The position numbers and the translations under genes were made by a program. The notes beneath the pieces are model-generated. The model was not told where the DNA came from. It made no database searches and was given only the letters and a program-made list of their open reading frames with translations. From Trichinella spiralis (Eukaryota): a stretch of DNA of 37,881 bases. This document shows positions 1 through 12,200 of the stretch, piece after piece. The stretch is from the NCBI RefSeq assembly GCF_000181795.1, contig NW_003526940.1, forward strand, positions 1,840,571 to 1,878,451. Direction: 5' to 3'. The number at the start of each line of letters is the position of its first letter. Positions within the stretch are counted from its first letter, which is position 1.

Positions 1-218
1 AAATTCAGAATTCTACCAAAGCAGTCTATGCAAAATAAATCATCAGTTAAAAAATTTCATGCATTGGAAGCAAAATTGGTAGATTAACAATTTATCTGAT
101 TAGTACTATTTGAAAAAATATAAAATTACAGAAAAAAAGTTATCCGCATTCATAGAATCATGAATTAAAATTTTTTGTCATCGCAATGCTTATCTGCTAT
201 ACAATAGTTGCACTTTAG

Positions 219-1466
219 GTACTTTGTATATAAGCCTCCAAATGTGTTAAGCTCCAAACTTTTGAAATCAGCAGGAAATCCAGCTTGGGCGCCTTCTAGG
301 CAAAATATTAATCAAAACGCAGGCCATTCAATAATTAGAACAATGGCAAGTTTTGTACAGTTCCAGAGAGAAATTAATGTTCTGGCATATAGTGACGATC
401 CACCAAACTTGCCTCCTAGAAATGAAAAAAGCAAATCGAAAGGTAATTTTAGATTTGATAAATAACTAAAAAGATTAATTAAATTTATGTACTGTTTTTA
501 GGAGTTCTTTTAGTGCGCAGTGCAGCGAATGAAGCTGCGTGGTTTGTACACACAGTTCCTAATTTTCTGGCATATCTTAGTGCTTATGCTTGGCCAGCAG
601 CGGAAACGCCTAAAGGGCATATGTTTTTGTGTATTTCTTTTAGCAGTGCTCTTTTGAATTCTGTTGGTATGACAATACATTTTATCATTTCCATAAAATA
701 TTATATTACAATTTTGTGATTGTAATTTTGAATACCTATCAACTACTCAAATTCTTTTTGCGCATTTGCATTTAATTAATCAGAAATTTTCAATTTTAAG
801 GTAAAGCAATTCGATACCAAGAACCATACGTATATGCAAATAATTTACCTGCTGCAATTTTGAATCAAAATATGGAACTGTCTAATTTGATAAACGGTAT
901 TGACGTTCGAGTAACATCTTTTCTGGCACATGAAAGATTTGCAACAAAATCTGCACAAGCTGTGGCAAATATTCAAGCTTTTGGGAAACATTCAAAATCA
1001 TTTGCAGGTTATTACTTTTCTATTCAAACATCAAATATCTCTATATGATATTCAATTATTTAGATATGTATGCAAGGATTTTGAGAAATAGATTTGCCGC
1101 AAGCATCATGGTATGGTCACCTGCTGATGCAAGATCAAAATCAATTTGCAAAGGACAACATAAACTTCAAAAAATTACTTCAATACAACTTGATGGTGTT
1201 CAAGTGAGCCGTGAAGCTGATAGCGCAAAGTGGGCACTAATTGACGGAAAGAACACTGTTTGTTTCACAACAAATGATTATACAGTAAATTTTTGATATA
1301 AAATCATTTTATAATATATTTTTGAAATATTTCCACAGTTTATATCTTTCCATTATTTTAGGCTACTGATAAACGGACTCCCGGAGCAGCTGTTTGTTTA
1401 GAAAATGCTGGTGTTTATAACGCTTTCCGTACAGCAGCACTTAATGTTGAAGCATGCAATAATTGA
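219..1466 (+). CDS. DNase II-like (plancitoxin-like) protein, exons 2-6; exon 1 not seen on this strand in the window
   Basis: GT-AG spliced exons 219-442, 502-666, 801-1007, 1064-1284 and 1362-1466 join in frame. DNase II motifs: YFVYKPP, AYSDDPP, WFVHTVPNF, GHMFLCIS, FGKH, DSAKW, PGAAVC. Stop TGA at 1464-1466. Confidence 0.9.
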
Positions 1467-2789
1467 TTCTCAATGGTTCTAACTTTTATTCTCTTTTGTG
1501 GTTTGTGAAAATTATCTAGCATTTTAATTTTCTTTCATTTTTATTATTTGAAAATATGAATCTTATTTTAAATTATAATGGCTTTTTAAATGTTTGGGAT
1601 TTTTAAATTTTTGTCAACTTTTGAAAATAAAACATCTATTTTATATTCACAAGTTTTTAAATGAACTGTTACTACCAAAAGAATTTTGTGTTTTTTACTA
1701 TCTCATCTGCTTGAAGCTGCAATACAAATTGAAATTTATATATTTCAGGTAAATTATTGCCGCTTTTTTAATTATGAGTTTATTTTGCAACTGTGAAATA
1801 ATTATAAATACTGCCTATTTTCATCTTAATTTTGGTTTAGGCATTCAGTATTTGTTTGAAGTAGTAAATAATTCACTAAGAAATTGCAGAAATATCCCCC
1901 TACTGTTCAGATTTAATAATGAAATTTTACTAGCATCATTTTGAAGGATATGCTTTATTTGCAATGTATTCTGCCAAAACAGTGCCGTGTTACGAGACTG
2001 GCATAATAATGTTCATCCTGAACAACTTTGTATGTTAAGCTTTACTTACATAATACGCTTCACTGTTTTAATAACAATTATTATTTTATCAGTTTGTTCA
2101 AAAAATAATCTATTCTTTTATGTCTATTTATTTATGAAAAGTAATCTATTCATATGTGGCATGTCTTGTAATAATGAAAAATGAAGTGCAACGCATGCAG
2201 AAGTCAAAATTTTGTTGTGATATCATCTTTAGGGGTTTTATGTTTTACTGATTAATAATAATTTTTAACGTTTATATAAACATGGTCATGTCAACAATTG
2301 TAGAGGTTATACAGTTAGCATCATGTAATCACCAATGTAACTAAATAGATAAACATGAAGAACAGAACAAATTGTTAATTTGTTATTCATTATTTTGATT
2401 TTTTGAATTTTATTAGTTGCAGTGCTCACGCTTTATTTGATTTTCAGTTGCTAATAACCAATAAATATTTTAAATACAAAATTTAATATGCAATATTATA
2501 AAAATAATATAGTATAAAAATTAACTTTTAATAAATATGAAGGTTTTATCCATTTTCAAAACGAGACGTAAAAATGATAAAGAAAATGTTGATACGCAAG
2601 ACAATATTTTATTTACTTTTAATAAGATTATTGCACTTCATCTTTTAGTTTTGCTTTCAAAAAATAGCTTGAATAAAATTAGAAGCAAACTAATCGTTAA
2701 TATGGTCCTTGCAATTTTATTAAGTTTGTTTTAGGTAAAATATTTCAAAAAGTGAAATAAATTTCAAAATGCATTTTGAATAAGCTTAC

Positions 2790-2887
2790 CAATCTACAGC
2801 TGCATTATTATCATCTTTGCAAGTTGCAACCTGTGCAGTGCAACTTTTGAACAAAACCAAGATGACGATTGTTTCTGTGAGCCTCAT
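2790..2887 (-). pseudogene. Orphan first exon of a DNase II-like paralog (signal peptide plus CKDDNNAAVDW)
   Basis: ATG at 2887 opens MRLTETIVILVLFKSCTAQVATCKDDNNAAVD(W), followed by donor gtaagc. This matches the DNase II N-terminal C....VDW motif. No downstream exons are recognisable on the minus strand. Confidence 0.7.
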
Positions 2888-2930
2888 TGCAATGAACTTT
2901 GAACAATGGGTATTTTGGTAATTTTTTATA

Positions 2931-3212
2931 GGTTTGGTACTACTCAGTCCCGCTTTTCTCTCATTGGTCATTACCCACGCTATTTTATTGGACCGTCAAA
3001 TCTTAATCACAACTGAAGAGTTTGAATCAATGAGCAATTAGACAAAAAAAAACAATGCGACAAAGACTTCACTGAGGAATTAGACAAAGAAAACCATTAC
3101 GACAAAGACTTCACGGCCAAATAAAATGAAAACCAATACAACAAAGATTTGACGGTCTAATAAAATAGCGTGGGCAAAGACCAATGAGAGAAAAGCGGGA
3201 CCGAGTAAAACC
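2931..3212. mobile_element. MITE with about 65-70 bp TIRs and GGTTT...AAACC termini (Mutator-like)
   Basis: Left arm ggtttggtactactcagtcccgcttttctctcattggtc...ggaccgtcaaatc is the near-perfect reverse complement of 3146-3212. Internal tandem units contain gacaaagacttcac. A second copy starts at 34822. No TSD found. Confidence 0.75.
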
Positions 3213-3868
3213 ACCCCACACATCTCCATCTATTCTGAATTATTATTCAATTTTACCATTAAAAAACCTGAAATGGATAATAAAATAAACGCAACTCATC
3301 CATCAGCGGCAATATCATGTAAAATAAATGGTCAATAAAATATAAAGCTTTGTGGTCAGTGAAATTCAAATAAAAAATGGAAGGAACAATTTAAAAAAGG
3401 ACAAAAAACCCCAGGTTATATTCGACCTAATGTGAATTAATGATAGATTAATGTACACTGAAAAAAGTCATATCATCTTCTTTTTGTTTAAAAATTTGGC
3501 TTAAATCTGATTGGCTTTATTCTTGACTTGAATAATTCTGCAAATTTAATCAACGTGTTTCCATTGCACAACTGGCCAATGTTAATTTCATTTATTTGTA
3601 CCAATTAAATTACAGTTCTGAGTAGACTGGATATGAAATAATCACATTTGAACTTTAAGAAAATTTTGACAAATGACAAATTCTTGAATTAAACTGAAAT
3701 TTTAAATGCAAAAAAGTTTATAAAAAATTATACAATCATCATGCTCAGCAGTGAAACAAACGCAATTATAATAATGTGGATAAAACCATAAATAATTTTA
3801 ACACAAAGTAACAAAAAATATTTTAAAAAAACAATCAAGAATAACTTACAAATGCACAACCATATATA

Positions 3869-5992
3869 TGTTACGCTTAATGTTGAAAATTGCCTATTAT
3901 TGATAATAGGCAAGCGTTTTGCCTATTATTGATAATAGAAAGCAGCTTTTGCCTATTATTGATAGTAGGCAATAAGCATTTGCCTAATATTGAAAAAACG
4001 GCTTACGAGTCACGCTGTATGTTGAAGTGCTTTTATTAATGATATTTCTATTTATTATCAGAAACAAATGTATCACACGAGGTTTATATATTATTGCATG
4101 ACTTCCCGGGGTGACAACGAGAATAGCATAGTACTCTTTTTCTGCTGCAACTGCAGCGACCAGATGAGCAGCCGGATAGGCAGGCACATGCACTTAACAT
4201 ATCCTTGGCCGCCCGTAGCTTTAGTTACTGCAGTTCTAAGAGGAATTTCGGTGTCAGGTACTTCATCAATTGATAGTATATTTTCCGATATCACTTGTAA
4301 ATCTGCAGCTGTAAACTTTGATGCCAATTTTCCTTCTCTGCAACCAACAGTGTACAATCCTTCACATTCCGCCATGACAACTACTAAGAAGTTTTTGGGA
4401 TCCGCGGGTCCACGATCCACGTCTGGCACTCTCAGTGTACAATTCTGACCTATTTGGAGCGGTATTAACATTTTCTTAGATCGTCGTGTCATTTTTGCTG
4501 CTGCTCTTGTCTGCCCTGAAGCTGCTTCTTTTCGTGCTTTTATAAAAGTCTCAGGAAAATGTTTCATAATATTGCTTTCATTTTCGTCATAGTTTTTTCC
4601 ATCTCTGTTCAAACTATCTTCATCATTGGCTTCATGAGATGTCAAAAATTCTTCAATTTCTTCTTCTGTTTTCGCTGCATCAACTAGTGATTTTGGCAGG
4701 ACGTAGGACTCCAGTCCAATTCGTGGCTCTTCTCCAAATGGACTTTGTCCTGTTGTTTCATGAATGCTAACATTTATTTGCCATTGAACAAATTTCAGTC
4801 CCATTGACCATCTTTTGCATCCATTTTCTCGCATCCATATTGCCAGTTTGTCTTGCACAACGCCGTTTAGGCGCTCAACCGCACCTTGGTTCTGAGGATG
4901 CCTGGGTCTACCCGTGACAAGCTTCAGCTCTGGCCAACATATTTTGAGTTCCGCAATTATGGCATTTGAAAATTCCCGACCGTTGTCGGATTGCAGAATG
5001 CTGGGAGCGCCGAACGTTAAAAAGATTTCGAGCAGCTTCGATGCCACTTCTTCCGCCCGTTTTGACTTTAGCGGACTCAAAATGCAGAACTTCGTAAAGT
5101 GATTCAAATAAGTCATTATATATTTAAAATCGCCATCTGGCATGGTTGGAAAATTTATCAAGTCCACTTGGGCTCGTGACATCAAATTTGTACTAACCAG
5201 TGGTTTAACAACTAGGCTTTTTGGAAGCTTTCTGGCCCTCTTCTTATGGCATTCTTCACAAAACGTGAAAAGTAAATGGCAAGCTTCTTGTGTGACGTTC
5301 GCCCATTTATTCTGTGCTTCTCGAAATGTCTTTTTTTCTCCACCATGACCAATCTTTTGATGAACATCATTGATAATATCAAACATTTCTTCAATAGAGG
5401 CGATGCATCTTATTGCATCATTCTTGCCCAAGCGGATTAGTTTATTTTTTTCGCCGATTTTTAAAACTCCATACCGATTTTTTAAATTATAATCACGAGC
5501 AGATTTTGGACCATCTGACTGGATTCGCAAAATGTCAGTAATAATTTGATCTCGCTGTGAAATTGGAAAAATCGTTCCATTCTGTCATTTTTCCTTGATC
5601 AGAGCACGGAGCTTTCCTTCAAACACAGCCTTTCTATCCATCAGAACTTTAACAAATGAGGAAATGGTTGAATGTTACTTCCTGATTATACGTAAAATCA
5701 TGCTCCAACGATTTGTAGCTGAACTTGTTGCTACTATATTTGATGTAGACTTCCGGGTTTGATCTCAGAATAGTGGATAACATGAATGCAAAATTTGGAA
5801 TGTTGTGCCAACACTTTGAATTTAATTAATAATTCAATAATTAAGAATAATTTAACACTTTAATTTAACACTTTTCAATAATTAATAATAATTTAATATT
5901 TAATTAATAATAATTTAACACTTTTAATTCAATAATAGGCAACACGCTTGCCTATTATCAATAATAGGCAATTTTCAACATTAAGCGTAACA
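3869..5992 (-). mobile_element. Ginger-like DDE-integrase DNA transposon with both ends intact
   Basis: About 64-bp TIRs, TGTTACGCTTAATGTTGAAAATTGCC...GCGTAACA. Flanked by TATA(TA) on both sides. Encodes a retroviral-type integrase with no RT or LTRs. Confidence 0.85.
4084..5641 (-). pseudogene. Integrase/transposase (KRBA2/SCAND3-like rve domain) with disabling lesions
   Basis: H..IGHGG...CEEC zinc finger and DDE triad (VDL, SDNGREF, VERLN). ATG at 5641 with an in-frame TGA at 5587-5585. A GCCT duplication at 4178-4185 frameshifts the Cys-rich tail CMCLSGCSSGRCSC...CYSRCH. Confidence 0.85.
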
Positions 5993-6130
5993 TATATAAG
6001 TAAAATTCAACTAAATCGTTGGTTAAGCAGAAACAATTGCATTGTAATTAAAAAAAATTTCACCATCTCCTTTGAGCAGAATTGAATTGTATTAAATTGA
6101 ATAAAGTTGCAATAATAATAATAATATTTG

Positions 6131-7985
6131 CTAATTGAGAAAAAACACAGCCACGCAACTCTTGTTGCACACAGTAGCGTATAACTTATTTCCTGAAGTG
6201 GCAATGGCAGTGATCATCGACCCGATTCCAACTGAACCGATAATTTTCAGCAATTTGAAATTACAATCCAACTCGTAAAGGATACCCCCGTCAGCCATCA
6301 CCATGGTCCCACTGCTGGTGCAAGTTACGGCAGTGGGATTTTGAAACTGAAATTCCGTCATCTGCTTTGGCCGAGCATATTTCAACACTGTGTCGGCAAA
6401 TCGTTCGACGGTGATCTCATACAGTCCACCAGTATCACTGAAAGAAAGCAATTTAGCCAAATTGGGTCCACATACAAGGCTGTCGTTCAACGGAGGCAAC
6501 AACGTGAATCCAAAAAATTGTTCCACAGTGACACCCAGTACAGCAAACGCGTGCCAAATGTTGCTTTCCAATAAGCAGTAAAGGCTCAGGCAAAAATTCT
6601 GCGAATCATAAGTGGCGCAAAATGCCACACCCGCTTCGCTGCATCGCATCTGCATCCAGCCGCTGTTCTGTGGCAACGGTAGCTGATGGACAGTATTCAA
6701 ATGTTCGTTGAAAGTGACCAACGCGTGCTCTTCTGGAATAGCGGCCAAAACGAGCTGTCGACTTGTGGAAAAGCACACCGTTTTCGGATATACATTTGAA
6801 TGACACTTCTTCAACTGCCCATCCGGATCAAACAACAGTAAGCCTGATTCACCGTCAGCAATGACTAGACTTTTGTCAGGTAGAGTGCACAAATCGATCG
6901 GACGTTTCAATTTTTGATGAACCAACGCCCGATTCTGCCAATCTTTACTTTCAAGCATTCGAATATTTCCGCTTGATGGTGATTTGCTCAAAGCCAGTCG
7001 CCGACCAGCCTCTTCAAGCTGGTCAACTGAAAAACGCTCAACGGCGGCTTTGAATTCCGACAAAACGAAGCCGGCTAAATTCGAATCCCGCTCATCCAAA
7101 GACGGTCCTTTCCATTCGTTGCTAGACAAATCGAACAACTGTAGCACAATATTTTTCATTCTACTCGCATTGATAACGCTTTTACTGGAAGAAATCAAAT
7201 CGCGCTGTATGCCGTGATCTTGTTTCAAATTTTTCATACCAAATTCTTCAAATAAACCATTCAATTGTTCAACATCGCTCAGGCGTTGCTGGTGACATTG
7301 ACGAGCTTTTGCAAAAATATCCATCAAAATTTGATCAATAACAAAACGTATACTCTGTTCCAAGTGAACAATTTCATCTTCACAAGAATCGCACCGTTCT
7401 CGCATCCAAGCTATGCAAGCATGCAGAGCATCAAATTCGCCATAAGCATTGACATTGTGATCTTTGTGCGATATTATTATACAACGGCTGCAATTCAAAA
7501 ACAGTCCATTTTTTAAAAACAATTTCTACATATATAACTATAATTAATTAATTTATTATTATTGTTACTTGTAAAATATGTTTTCTCGAAAAAAGCACAT
7601 TCGCTGAACAACGTATACCTGCTCACCTGCACAACGTATTCAAGCACTGATGACACCACCACATGTCTTCCAAATCTTTCAGAGTAAAGCACTGAAAACA
7701 GCGCAACACGCCGGCAAATTTCGTCCTCAACGTTTCCACAGATCTTTGGCAGAGTTCAGTCAACTGGCGACACTGTGGACAAGAAATTACATCACTTTTC
7801 TCCGCAACTTCGATCCAACGTCGGATACAAAGCAAGCAATAGCTGTGGCCGCAATGCAAAAGCTTCAAACTGACATGATCTTCACTGCAGATTTCACACT
7901 GCTGCATTGCCGGCCTGGCGCACAACGACTTGCTAGTACCGTTTGACAATTCAGATGAGCTTTTTTTGTTCATCGCTTTTGACAT
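6131..7985 (-). CDS. RING (C3HC4) / B-box / coiled-coil / NHL-like beta-propeller protein (TRIM-NHL-like E3 ligase)
   Basis: Exons 7985-7627 and 7487-6131 join in frame. RING: CEIC...CGHSYCLLC...CPQC. B-box: CFQC...CHQC...CSRC...H..H spanning the intron. NHL-like repeats PIDLCTLPDKSLVIADG and PTAVTCTSSGTMVMADG. Confidence 0.8.
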
Positions 7986-8297
7986 ATTAACAAACAAACA
8001 AATCTGCTAATTTCAAAAACAAAATAATTGTTCACCAAAGTCGTGTATCTACCACTGAAAAATATTAAATAACAATAATTGAAATCAAAAAATATTTACT
8101 AAAACTTGTTCGAATATATTAAATCAACAACAACCCATTTCCATTAGCCTAGAGAGCAGAAGCTGTCAAAAACTGCTCGTAAAAGTAAAAATAAATGTTC
8201 CATTGCATTCGAAATTATCAATTCTATTTATTACATTATTCGGGAAAACCTTGAAAATTTCATCAACTTATTTGTCTTATAACAAAACAAGAAATAT

Positions 8298-8326
8298 AAC
8301 ACACACACACACACATACATATATAT
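8298..8326. repeat. (CA)n/(TA)n microsatellite
   Basis: Run acacacacacacacacatacatatatatg. Confidence 0.8.
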
Positions 8327-9205
8327 GTACATCTAATGATTTATTTATTTACAATTGTTTTAAATTTCGATAAAGTTTAGCGTTCAAAAACATTTATCAT
8401 CATTTACTCACAAATTCAAGTCTCAACTTCAATCATCATCACAAACACATTGTGTTTAAGATAAGATGAAGCGATGTTGCAATTCGACGAAGTTGTACAT
8501 ACAATAGGAATAAAAATTGGCAGATTTTCAAGTTCAAATTACAATTGCTAATAAAATGAATTTTTTAAAAATTTTTTCTTAAAAAACTACCTATTACTTG
8601 CAACTATTTTCATTACTCGTATAGCTTGTTGGCATTTCAGACGTTTAAATTATGAATTTTACTAATTTTATCAATTTTAATAATAAAGTAACATTGAAAT
8701 ATTTAATAATCTTTTGAAATATGAAAAGCATTTTTTATTCGAAACAAGAAAAAATCATTAAATAAACGTAAAAAAATACGATATGCGGAAAATAAAATGT
8801 ATAAAATATGAAATATGATTAATGGATTGGTAAAAGTTGCTTTTTTGGATGTTAGAAAAAGTTTTGCAATGCATTCCAATCAAAATGAAACACATTTTGA
8901 AATGCGAAAAGAAAATTTTTATTAAAAATATATACATAAATTTTATTTTTACACAAATAATTTATTAATAATCGTAATAAATTTAAACTTTTATTCCATA
9001 TGATGTCATTTTATTTACAAAGAATATTATTACAGTCAAATGGATAACTTTATTTTTGTTTAAGTACAGTATGCGTGTGCGTATTTACTGATGTTGATTT
9101 AGTTTGATGTAAATAATTCATGTATATACTACATGTATTCGTGTATATGGGTTGTTGTTGAATGAAGAAAAGATAATTTTATTTTTTATTAAAAAAATAA
9201 GCCGA

Positions 9206-12200
9206 ATGGCCGGTACTGGTGTTTTGCCATTTGTTAGGGGGATTGATCTCAGCGGCAATGATTTTTCCGTAAGTGCAATTGAAAGATGGTTAATTTTATT
9301 TTTTTGAAAATCATCATTTTCAGGGAGGATTGTTTCCGAAATGTGTCCGGGAAATGGCCGTATTGAGATGGCTCAAACTAAATCACACAAATTTGGATAA
9401 AGTTTGTGAAATTTTGTTGTTGTTTATCTGTTGTTGCTTTTGTTCATTTGTTTCTTTTTTCTGCTTAGCTACCAGAAGAGTTGTCAAGCCTTAAAAATTT
9501 GGAACATCTTCAGATGACACATAATGCGTTGTCGAGTGTTCACGGGGAGTTGTCAGATTTGCCATGCTTGCGATCAGTTGTTGTTCGAAACAATCAGGTG
9601 AGCGAATGTTTTTCTTCGTGAAATTTGCGTAATTAGCTGATTTCAGATAAAAACATCCGGCATTCCTACGGACATTTTTGACATGCAAGATTTGAATATT
9701 ATTGATTTCAACAGGAATGCACTGAAAGAGACACCGCCGAATCTTGACCACGCTACTGGTGCGATTGTTCTAAATCTCAGTCATAACAATTTGGAATCTA
9801 TTCCTAATCAAGTACTAACTTTTTGCATTTGATGTATTTTTTAAAATTTAAAATAAATTAAGAATATTTGACAGATGAAAAGAAAAATCTTTTATTCTTT
9901 CAGCTTCTGGTTCATATGTGTGACCTGTTATATTTGGATCTCAGTGGTAACAAGTTGACCATGCTTCCACCGCAGATTAGACGTTTGACAAATTTGCAGG
10001 CATGTTGAAAAATTTTTAAACAATTTATATTTGAAGAAATAATTTTAACAATAATTTAGGTGTTAATATTGAGTGACAATCCGTTGTTTCATTTTCAATT
10101 GAAACAACTACCCTGCATGAGTCATTTGCGTGTGTTGCGAATGCGTAAAACACAACGCAGTTCGGCTAATATGCCGACGACTTTTGAAAATTTGCTCAGC
10201 TTGGAAGAGGTGGATTTTTCGTGCAACGAATTGACCGAAATTCCTGAAGCGATGTACAAGTTGGAAAATTTGAAACGACTGAACATCAGCGACAATTGTA
10301 TAGAAAAATTCGAACCGTTTGCCGAATGCTGGCCCAAGTTGGAAGTGTTGAATTTGTCGAGAAATAAGCTGACCGCTTTGCCGGATCTGTTGACCAGGAT
10401 GCAGAATTTGAAGAAACTGTACGTGAACGAAAATCAGTTGACGTTCGACGGTGTGCCGACCGGCATCGGTAAGTTGATCAATTTGGAAATTTTCCAAGCT
10501 GCCCACAATCGTCTGGAGCTGGTGCCCGAAGGGGTGTGTCGGTGTGTCAAGCTCCGTCGTCTGAAGTTGAACAACAACCGTCTGGTGACCATGCCGAGCA
10601 GTGTCTACTTTTTGGTCGACTTGGTCGAATTGGATGTGCGCAACAATGTCGACTTGGTCATGCCGCCCAGACCCAAGGAACGTTTGAAAGAGAGGCTGGC
10701 ATTTTACAACATCGACTTCAGCTTGGAACATCAGATGCATTTGGCCGAGGCGAGTTCGTCGAGCAGCGTCGGATCCGGCCACACTTCCGTGACCAAAGAC
10801 CCAGTATCCAGAAAGATCCAGTACTTGCGTCGACGTCGTGGTCAAACCGAAGCCGACACGGAGCAGAGGAAAATTTTGAGGGGCATGACCGACTGTGCCA
10901 GTGGCCGACTGGCCGACGAGCAGGCCAGCGTTGACCAGGCCGAACAGCAGTGCAAGTCGAAGCGCTGGGACGAGGCTTTGGAAAAGCCGGCCATCGACTA
11001 CAGCGAACTTTTCGACCCGGACGTTGGTCAGCTGCCCGGAGTGACCGTGTTCGAAATTGAAAATTTCCTGCCCAATCAGCTCGAAGACGTATTTCACGGG
11101 AAATTTTACGAAGGCGATTGCTACATCGTCCTGCGCACCACGCTCGACGCCAGTGGCAATTTGGACTGGCAAATTTATTATTGGATCGGTGAACACGCAA
11201 CTGTCGACAAAATGGCTTGTGCCGCTATACATGCGGTCAATTTGAGGTTTTGTTTGTTTGTTTGTTGTTGTTGTTGTTGTTGTTTAATGATTGGTGTTGT
11301 ATTTCAGAAATTTTTTGGGTGCAAATTGTCGCACAATAAGAGAAGAGATGAATGACGAGTCGGATGAATTTTTGGACATATTCAATCAGGATATCATTTA
11401 CGTCGAAGGCGGTCGAACGCCCAGCGGCTTTTTCACCATTGAACAGGTGCACAGACCGCCGAGATTGTACCGCGTGTCGACTGTCGCGAAGCGGCTGAAT
11501 TTCTACTCGGTTCCGTTATCGTGGAATTCTCTGGATCCTCGATTCGTATTTCTGCTGGATACGGTTGAAAAACTGACCGTTTGGTTAGTAGTAGGAGCAA
11601 AAAATTTTCATATTTACTTAGCAGCTAATAATAGCAACAACAAACACAATAGGTATGGCGAGAGGTCGAAAATGGTGCTGCGAACCAAGGCGCGGCTTTT
11701 TGCCGAGAAGATGAACAAAACAGAACGCAAGGGTGTGGCCGAGATTGAGATTTTCAAGCAAAACGCCGAACCGGACGATTTTTTGGACTTGTTGGACTGC
11801 AAGCACGACGGACCCCGCGAACCGATCGTCCAACACGTGCCGGACAATTTTCAACTTCCCAAAGCGATACTGTACAAAGTCTGTCTGGGTATGGGCTATT
11901 TGGAATTGCCGCAGGTGAAAATTCCAAGACTCGGTTTGAAGCAGGAGATGTTGGAATCGAGGTGCGTCTACATTCTCGACTGCTATGTGGATTTGTTTCT
12001 TTGGATTGGGAAAAAGTCAACTCGACTGGTAAAAAAATATATATATATACATATATGTATGATGTATTTGCATTGCAGGTTAGAGCGGCAGGGTCGAAAT
12101 TGACGGCCGAGTTGCATGCAATGTTGAATCGTCCATCCCATTCAAGCATCAACCACGTCTGTGAAGGGACTGAATCGATGATGTTCAAGTCGAAATTTGT

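Noticed and set aside
5815..5935. AT-rich ttaataataatttaac repeats
   Set aside because: Low-complexity subterminal sequence inside the Ginger-like element.
10108..11232. 374-aa antisense ORF and other overlapping ORFs within fli-1
   Set aside because: They shadow GC-rich sense codons and have no recognisable motifs.
11250..11283. Poly-Cys tract in the 431-aa ORF
   Set aside because: It is a (GTT)n microsatellite inside a fli-1 intron.
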